From positions 20,956,001-21,020,000 of the forward strand of contig OZ024761.1 of NCBI GenBank assembly GCA_964016885.1: a DNA stretch of 64,000 nucleotides. Direction: 5' to 3'. Both the position numbers and the translations under genes were made by a program. Shown here one piece after another: positions 55,924-64,000 of the stretch (its first letter is position 1; each line of letters begins with the position of its first letter). This DNA comes from Eledone cirrhosa. Its lineage: Eukaryota. A model generated the notes under the pieces. The model was not told the DNA's origin and did not search any database. It worked only from the letters and a program-made list of their open reading frames with translations.

Positions 55924-55989
55924 TATTTTATTATATATATTTCAAGGGCAACCAAGGCAAATTATGGTGTGCTTTCATCAGATAAAATA
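55924..55989 (-). ncRNA. Type I hammerhead motif, TATTTT family, intact core
   Basis: Minus: TATTTTAT CTGATGA AAG-25nt-CTT GAA ATATATAT A ATAAAATA; perfect 8-bp stem I. Confidence 0.72.
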
Positions 55990-56479
55990 CAGATTTGTTT
56001 TATAAATAAATATTGACATACCCGGAAAAAAGACAACCTTAACGGTTGGAGTTTCCTGAATATATATATATACTCAGCTGTAGAAATGAGATGATAGGGA
56101 CTGGGGTCCCTATCATTCCACTGCAAAGTGGTCGTGGAGGTGCCACAGCAAAAAAGCACCCAGCACTCACTGTAAATGAGGTTGGTGTTAGGAAGGGCAT
56201 CCAGCTGTAGAAATCAAGCCAGAATCAGTTCCCGTCCCACCCTTGCAAGCAGGGAAAAAGCGGACATAAAATGAAATGATGATATATATAAAGTTTACTT
56301 TGACCATAGAAGGAGATGTTAAACTCTGGTAGTAAGCTAGAGTGTTAGAGATATGAACAGTTTAATCAGTGTTAACACTAACATCTATATTTCACTTACA
56401 ATAATTGTCTGTTCAACAAGTAAAATCTTTCTAGAAATCACACCAACTTCATAGAAGTAATATTACTGCTATTCTTTTA

Positions 56480-56930
56480 AACTGTTTTCACTGGGGAGGG
56501 GCTCTTACTGTTTTACTGGGGGAGGGGGGTCTTACTTTTTTTACTGGGGTGGTCTTACTGTTTTTACTGGAGGGGGGGGGGGTCTTACTGTTTTTTTACT
56601 GGGGGAGGGGTCTTACTGTTTTACAGGGGAGGGGGTCTTACCGTTTTAACTGGGGGAGGGTGAGTCTTACTGTTTTACGTGGGGGGTGCTTACCGTCTTT
56701 ACTGGGGGAGGGAGAGTCTTACTGTTTTACTGATTTTTATTGTTCTATTTTACTGTTTTTCACCATTATTTTTTTTTACTAATTTTTACTGATTTTTTAA
56801 ACAGTTTTTTTTTATTACTGAGGTGGGGGGGGGGCTGTTTTACACTGTTTTCTTTTTAATTTTTACTAGGTTTTTTTTTTTTATTGATTTTTGCTGGGAG
56901 GGGTTTTTTATTACTAGTTTTTACTGATCA
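56480..56930. repeat. Degenerate ~30-bp repeat with G-runs (CTTACTGTTTTTACTGGGGGAGGGG)
   Basis: Direct reading. Confidence 0.7.
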
Positions 56931-57019
56931 GAAGAGATACATACACTTACCAAATATAAAAATGTTATCAGAGAGAACATAAAAATTGTTTTCACACTCT
57001 CACATTAGACATTTTAAAA

Positions 57020-57303
57020 ACATTTTACCATCGATTTTCGTATCACATATTTCTCGACTTATGTTCAAGTATATACAGTTTAGGTTTTAATTAAATTTTG
57101 AAATAATCAGGAATTTGGAGGGAATTTAGTAGAATAATTAATTTTGTCACTTATAAAACTGAATTTGGACCATAACTTAACTAAAGGTTCTGACATAAAA
57201 TTGTAATGGAAGGTTTTAATTTATATACAAACTCTTTCAAGGAAGCAATTTTGTGTCATAGAACCTGAGGCAGTCTTGGTAAGGCTGGTATCAAAGAGGT
57301 TAA
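57020..57303. mobile_element. Old MITE-like remnant ending ggtatcaaagaggTTAA
   Basis: The right end resembles ggtatcaagagagttaa near 31881 and TTAA-type termini; the left end is degraded. Confidence 0.4.
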
Positions 57304-57480
57304 TTAATTAGATAACTAACTAGTTGAGTAATTAGTTTACTAAAGTTCTTTCATCACAGCCTGTGACCTTATCAATGACTTTGTGCTCTCATGCATCTCC
57401 TCTTACTCCTTTACACTTAATCTATGCTCTATGTTTGCTCCTTCAGAACTTCAAGACTGGAGCTCATCTTACATGCTCTG

Positions 57481-57538
<58 letters not shown>

Positions 57539-57616
57539 ATTTATTAGTACTTTGATGGATTAATAGGTGATCTCTTTAAATATTCAATAACTTTATTTGG
57601 TTTCCCTTCTTTCCAG

Positions 57617-57667
57617 GCCAGAAATGTGATAGAACACCGAAACAGTGACACCATAGAAACACTAAAG
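57617..57667 (+). CDS. Internal exon of the coiled-coil gene (ARNVIEHRNSDTIETLK)
   Basis: Strong pyrimidine tract tttcccttctttccag, AAG|gtaaaa donor, 51 nt, phase 0-0. Confidence 0.8.
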
Positions 57668-57693
57668 GTAAAAGTCTTTCAATCATTTATTAA

Positions 57694-57935
57694 AATATTT
57701 CTGGCAATATTATAACATGACCCTCCCAAATATAATATTTCTGGCAATATTATAACATGACCCTCCCAAATATAATATTTCTGGCAATATTATACATGAC
57801 CCTCCAAATATATATTTCTGGCAATATTATAACATGACCCTCCCAAAATATAATATTTCTGGCAATATTATAACATGACCCTCCCAAAATATAATATTTC
57901 TGGCAATATTATAACATGGACCCTCCCAAATATAA
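57694..57935. repeat. ~40-bp tandem repeat (about 6 copies) just downstream of the exon donor
   Basis: Unit atatttctggcaatattataacatgaccctcccaaatata, with small indels. Confidence 0.9.
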
Positions 57936-58038
57936 AAAATATTTCACTCACGTAATTCAATTCTATTTAGAATTTTTTGAAAACTATTCAACATGAGAGG
58001 AAGGTAGTGAATAACAGGGTTTCTAGAATGATCTACAT

Positions 58039-59748
58039 TAGGCATGTCAAACTGAGGTTACCCGAGGGCAACATGGGTCACACATATGTTGTCTGAGGGC
58101 AACATGGGTCACACATATGTTGTCTGAGGGCCACATGATAACTAATTGCTCACATTACAATATTTTATATTATGAAGATAAAACATGCTCGCACTGTAAA
58201 AACCTTTGCATGGGCCACAGGTGTGTCTGTAAAGGGCCGCAGGTGCGCTTGTAAAGGGCCACGTGTGGTCTGCAGGCTGCAGGTGTGCTTGTAAAGGGCC
58301 ACGTGTGGTCTGCAGGCTGCAGGTGTGCTTCTAAAGGGCCACGTGTGGTCTGCAGGCCGCAGGTGTGCTTGTAAAGGGCCACATGTGGTCCGCAGGTGTG
58401 CTTGTAAAGGGCCACGTGTGGTCTGCAGGCTGCAGGTGTGCTTGTAAAGGGCCACGTGTGGTCCGCAGGTGTGCTTGTAAAGGGCCACGTGTGGTCTGCA
58501 GGCCACAGGTGTGCTTGTAAAGGGCCACGTGTGGTCTGCAGGCCACAGGTGTGCTTGTAAAGGGCCACGTGTGGTCTGCAGGCCACAGGTGTGCTTGTAA
58601 AGGGCCAAGTGTGGTCTGCAGGCCACAGGTGTGCTTGTAAAGGGCCATGTGTGGTCTGCAGGCCACAGGTGTGCTTGTAAAGGGCCATGTGTGGTCTGCA
58701 GGCCACAGGTGCACTTGTAAAGGGCCAAGTGTGGTCTGCAGGCCACAGGTGTGCTTGTAAAGGGCCACGTGTGGTCTGCAGGCCACAGGTGCACTTGTAA
58801 AGGGCCACGTGTGGTCTGCAGGCTGCAGGTGTGCTTGTAAAGGGCCACGTGTGGTCTGCAGGCCACAGGTGTGCTTGTAAAGGGCCACGTGTGGTCTGCA
58901 GGCCACAGGTGTGCTTGTAAAGGGCCACGTGTGGTCTGCAGGCCACAGGTGCACTTGTAAAGGGCCAAGTGTGGTCTGCAGGCCACAGGTGTGCTTGTAA
59001 AGGGCCACGTGTGGTCTGCAGGCCACAGGTGCACTTGTAAAGGGCCACGTGTGGTCTGCAGGCTGCAGGTGTGCTTGTAAAGGGCCACGTGTGGTCTGCA
59101 GGCCACAGGTGTGCTTGTAAAGGGCCACGTGTGGTCTGCAGGCCACAGGTGTGCTTGTAAAGGGCCACGTGTGGTCTGCAGGCCACAGGTGCACTTGTAA
59201 AGGGCCAAGTGTGGTCTGCAGGCCACAGGTGTGCTTGTAAAGGGCCACGTGTGGTCTGCAGGCCACAGGTGCACTTGTAAAGGGCCACGTGTGGTCTGCA
59301 GGCTGCAGGTGTGCTTGTAAAGGGCCATGTGTGGTCTGCAGGCCACAGGTGCGCTTGTAAAGGGCCACGTGTGGTCTGCAGGCTGCAGGTGTGCTTGTAA
59401 AGGGCCACGTGTGGTCTGCAGGCCACAGGTGTGCTTGTAAAGGGCCACGTGTGGTCTGCAGGTGTGCTTGTAAAGGGCCACGTGTGGTCTGCAGGCCACA
59501 GGTGTGCTTGTAAAGGGCCACGTGTGGTCTGCAGGCCACAGGTGTGCTTGTAAAGGGCCACGTGTGGTCTGCAGGTGTGCTTGTAAAGGGCCACGTGTGG
59601 TCTGCAGGCCACAGGTGTGCTTGTAAAGGGCCACGTGTGGTCTGCAGGCCACAGGTGTGCTTGTAAAGGGCCACGTGTGGTCTGCAGGCTGCAGGTGTGC
59701 TTGTAAAGGGCCATGTGTGGTCTGCAGGCCACATGTTTGACATGCCTG
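58039..59748. mobile_element. Non-autonomous hAT (Charlie-like) element with about 38 tandem copies of a 40-bp subterminal unit
   Basis: TIRs (t)aggcatgtcaaac / gtttgacatgcct(g); perfect 8-bp TSD ATCTACAT at 58031-58038 and 59749-59756; array at 58210-59734. Confidence 0.9.
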
Positions 59749-60031
59749 ATCTACATGTATATTTATGTATCTCTCTGTACCTCTATGTGTATCTATGTAC
59801 CTCCACTGTAAGGTGGTCATGTAGGTGTCACGAGCAAAATCACCCAGTACACCCTGTACACCCTGTAAATGTGGTTGGCTTAGTAAGAGCATCTAGCCAT
59901 AGAAACCAAGCCAGAATACGTTTTATGTGAGCAAAACACGGTCCCCTGACCTGGATCTCTCACAATGGGACAACTCGTCTTACCCACCATGCTCACATGG
60001 AAAATGGCTGTTAAACGATGATGATGATAAC

Positions 60032-60068
<37 letters not shown>

Positions 60069-60069
60069 T

Positions 60070-60127
<58 letters not shown>

Positions 60128-60140
60128 GTATATATACATA

Positions 60141-60416
60141 CACTCAGAGCTGTATTGGAGCCTCCCAAAAGTGACACAGAGGAGACTGAGGTTAGCTGGA
60201 CAAGCTCACCGACATCCAGAGTTGACATTGCACTCAGTGCTCCTGTGGGAGCCCCTACATGGACACACTGGAAGAGGAAGACCAAGGTTAACGTATGTTG
60301 ATGCCCTAAGGACAGACACTGGTCTGTTGGAGACGCAGGACATGGCAGTGATAATGAGGGACAGAGACCGCTGGAGAGAACTCGTCTATGGATCTCAGGA
60401 ATTTTACCCGCCTTAG
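60141..60416 (+). mobile_element. RTE-clade LINE 3' ORF fragment
   Basis: [28 protein letters not shown]...[17 protein letters not shown]...DRDRWR. Confidence 0.85.
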
Positions 60417-60599
60417 ATACACACACATATACACACACACACATATATATATATATATATGCATCATTGTGGACCAAACACTGATGCCATGCCACTGCAC
60501 CTAACCACACCACCACACCACCACCACACCACCACCACACCACCACCACACCACCAACATGGAGGGAGTGTATATAATATTGGTTTGGTTTAATTTCAG

Positions 60600-60720
60600 T
60601 CTCAACTGGGAAAACTGGAACACAAATACAAAATGCAAGAACTGAAACAGGAGGAGTTAAACATTGAGTTGACAATGTTACGAGACCAGAGGCAGGTGGC
60701 TATTAGTGGCCCTAAATCAG
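60600..60720 (+). CDS. Exon of the coiled-coil gene (SQLGKLEHKYKMQELKQEELNIELTMLRDQRQ[VAISGPKS]); alternative donor after 60695
   Basis: tttcag acceptor in phase 0; donors CAG|gtggct (60695) and CAG|gtaggt (60720). Confidence 0.8.
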
Positions 60721-60956
60721 GTAGGTCCTTACTGCTGTCATTTCTAGGGCCCTGGGGTAGGTTGTTACTGCTTCTACTGGGGCCCTGGGGTAGGTTATTT
60801 ATTAGTGCTCTCCATGGCTGGGCAAGGGAATTAGTGTTCCCTGTAGCAGGGGAAAGGAAAGACCCTTTGCAAGAACCCCATTTCAACTGCACTCTTTCCC
60901 TGGAAAAATGAAAAAAATATTCTTTTCCCTTCTGTCTATGTTAGAGACTGTTTAAT

Positions 60957-61182
<226 letters not shown>

Positions 61183-61277
61183 ATTCCTTGTCAATCCCAG
61201 ACAATTCTTCAGTGGGAAATCCAAGCAATCCTGCACTGCCTGTTGTAATAACTTTATACCATTGTGCCATTTTAATG

Positions 61278-62271
61278 TTATATACAGCTATATACTGTTA
61301 TATACAGTTATATACAGCTATATACAGTTATATACAGTTATATACAGCTTTATACTGTTATATACAGCTACATACAGCTTTATACAGCTTTATACTGTTA
61401 TATACAGTTATATACAGGTATATACAGCTATATACTGTTATATACAGGTATATACTGTTATATACTGTTAAATACAGGTATATACTGTTATATACAGCTA
61501 TATACAGTTATATACAGCTTTATACTGTTATATACAGTTATATACAGGTATATACAGCTATATACTGTTAAATACAGGTATATACTGTTATATACAGCTA
61601 TATGCAGTTATATACAGTTATATACAGCTATATACAGCTATATACTGTTATATACAGCTATATACAGTTATATACAGCTATATACTGTTATATACAGCTA
61701 TATGCAGTTATATACAGCTATATACAGTTATATACAGCTATATACTGTTATATACAGCTATATGCAGTTATATACAGGTATATACAGTTATATACAGGTA
61801 TATACAGCTATATACAGCTATATACAGCTATATACAGCTATATACAGCTATATACAGGTATATACAGCTATATACTGTTAAATACAGGTATATACTGTTA
61901 TATACAGCTATATGCAGTTATATACAGTTATATACAGTTATATACAGCTATATGCAGTTATATACAGCTATATACAGCTATATACAGTTATATACAGGTA
62001 TATACAGTTATATACAGCTATATACAGCTATATACAGCTATATACAGCTATATACAGCTATATACAGCTATATACAGTTATATACAGCTATATACAGTTA
62101 TATACAGCTATATACAGTTATATACAGCTATATACAGTTATATACAGCTATATACAGTTATATACAGCTATATGCAGTTATATACAGCTATATACAGCTA
62201 TATACAGCTATATACAGTTATATACAGGTATATACAGCTATATACAGCTATATACAGCTATATACAGCTAT
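61278..62271. repeat. 10-bp minisatellite (TATACAGNTA)n, about 99 units
   Basis: Direct reading; variants cagct, cagtt, caggt and ctgtt. Confidence 0.95.
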
Positions 62272-62746
62272 AACCATTTCTGATTCAACTTCAAAGTCAC
62301 AACGTCTTCTATTGATTTCACACACATTTGTGGCACATATTAATACAGATTTTATATTGTTGTTGTTGTTGCCACTGTCTTCTTTTTGTTGTTGTTGTTT
62401 TTATGGTTGGAGGCGGTGGTAGGGAGGGGGGGTATTTCTTTTTTGTTTGTTTGTTGTTTTGTTTGCTTATTTGTCCTCCTTTTATCCTTGTTCTGAGATA
62501 AAGATTTCTGATGAAGTTTGTCCTTCTCAACCTCCTGACTTTGTGAGAGGAAAATAACAGAAACAACACAACACAACACAACACAAACAACACCAATAAC
62601 AACAGAAACAGCACAACACAAACAACACCACACAACAACAACACCAACAACACACAACACTTCCATGCAGCATTACACATCTCTCACACATGACACAGTT
62701 ATCATACAATCATTAAATCTAAAGTAAATATTTTATAAGGAATATT

Positions 62747-62998
62747 TTAACCCTTTAGCATTTACATTATTCTATATTTTCACAGTAAAGGCCTTATCTC
62801 ACATAATATCTCACATAATATCTCACATAATATCTCACATAATATCTCACATAATATCGAATGTATGAGATTTTGATATTAATCATTTTGAAAACAATAC
62901 CATAACATCAGTATGAGTGGCTGGTTACAGCTGGTTTGACCAGAAAGAGGTGAGAGAATTCTGGCTAGACATGGCTAATTTAATTGCTAAAGGGTTAA
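62747..62998. mobile_element. Complete TTAA-flanked (piggyBac-like) MITE with an internal 13-bp tandem (tatctcacataa-like) repeat
   Basis: TTAA CCCTTTAGCA ... TGCTAAAGGG TTAA; the body is the reverse complement of 17429-17640. Confidence 0.85.
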
Positions 62999-63252
62999 AG
63001 GATCTATGGTTTTGGTAGGGCCTTAGGGAGTCAACCTTTGTTGTCGTTTGTGTTCCTTCTTTCCCTCTTGATTTTTCAATTTATATAAATATTTAGATGT
63101 TGAAAACAATTCGATTTACATGGAAGGGAAGGAGGTAACGCTCTCCTGTGATGGAGGAGGTAACGCTCTCCTGTGATGGAGGAGGTAACACTCAATATAA
63201 AATAAGAAGCTTAAAAAACACACAGACATATATATGTATGTGTATTTATATA

Positions 63253-63283
<31 letters not shown>

Positions 63284-63495
63284 GTATGTATATATATATA
63301 TATGTGCATGTACGTATATGTATATGTGCATATGTATATATATATATATACATATATATACACTCACATACAAACATACACATATATATATATATGTTTA
63401 TGTATGTGTCTGAGTGTGTATGTATGTATATATGTGCATGTACGTATATGTATATATATATATACATAAATATACACACTCACACACACATTCAA

Positions 63496-63527
<32 letters not shown>

Positions 63528-63569
63528 GTATGTATGTATATATGTGCATGTACGTATATGTATATGTGC

Positions 63570-63616
<47 letters not shown>

Positions 63617-64000
63617 TTCAAACACACACGCACACACATATATATATATATATATAGCAAGATCACAATATTTACCTAAGAATCACCTGACCAACTATAT
63701 AAACATCCAAAAACTGTACATCTTTGCTGAAATTTAATTCCGATCACACAAAATGAACGAGATGCTTACAATTGCAGTTTTTTTATGGAACATTTAAATT
63801 GATTTTCAAATTCTTGTCTTTGAGAAGAAAAATACTGAAATCACAACAACCTACATTTCAGATTCTGGAGGGAATAAAGGTTATCAATTCTAAAATCTTT
63901 CCTACAGAAAAATATTTAAATAAATGTTTATTTTGTTATATATTAGCTGGTGTATATATATAATGTTTTGTTATATATTAGCTGGTGTATATATAATGTT

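Noticed and set aside
58165-59892. 470-575 aa repetitive ORFs in three minus frames
   Set aside because: Translation of a 40-bp array inside a hAT MITE; no transposase motifs.

Overview
Eukaryotic, AT-rich, repeat-saturated DNA. The repeat families look cephalopod (Octopus-like), which is an inference. Almost all supplied ORFs are microsatellite or minisatellite translation artefacts. The real coding content is a set of small, mostly phase-0, + strand exons of one long-intron coiled-coil protein gene (6367-6537, 17736-17825, 34244-34366, 35382-35486, 57617-57667, 60600-60720), plus a candidate 15-nt microexon (33368-33382) and a candidate exon near 62498. The introns hold tRNA-derived SINEs, RTE and CR1 LINE 3' remnants, a hAT MITE with an 8-bp TSD, TTAA-flanked MITEs, a mariner remnant, many microsatellites and a 200-N gap. 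Two non-obvious patterns stand out. (1) About eleven type I hammerhead-ribozyme (HHR) motifs from at least five families sit mostly in short islands embedded in (TA)n. They show covariation, fold-back palindromes and a recurrent non-canonical CAGAAGA core, and look like Penelope-like or retrozyme remnants. (2) Most long minisatellites (40-70 bp units) are in-situ amplifications of transposon parts. All structure calls were made by eye and need computational or experimental confirmation.
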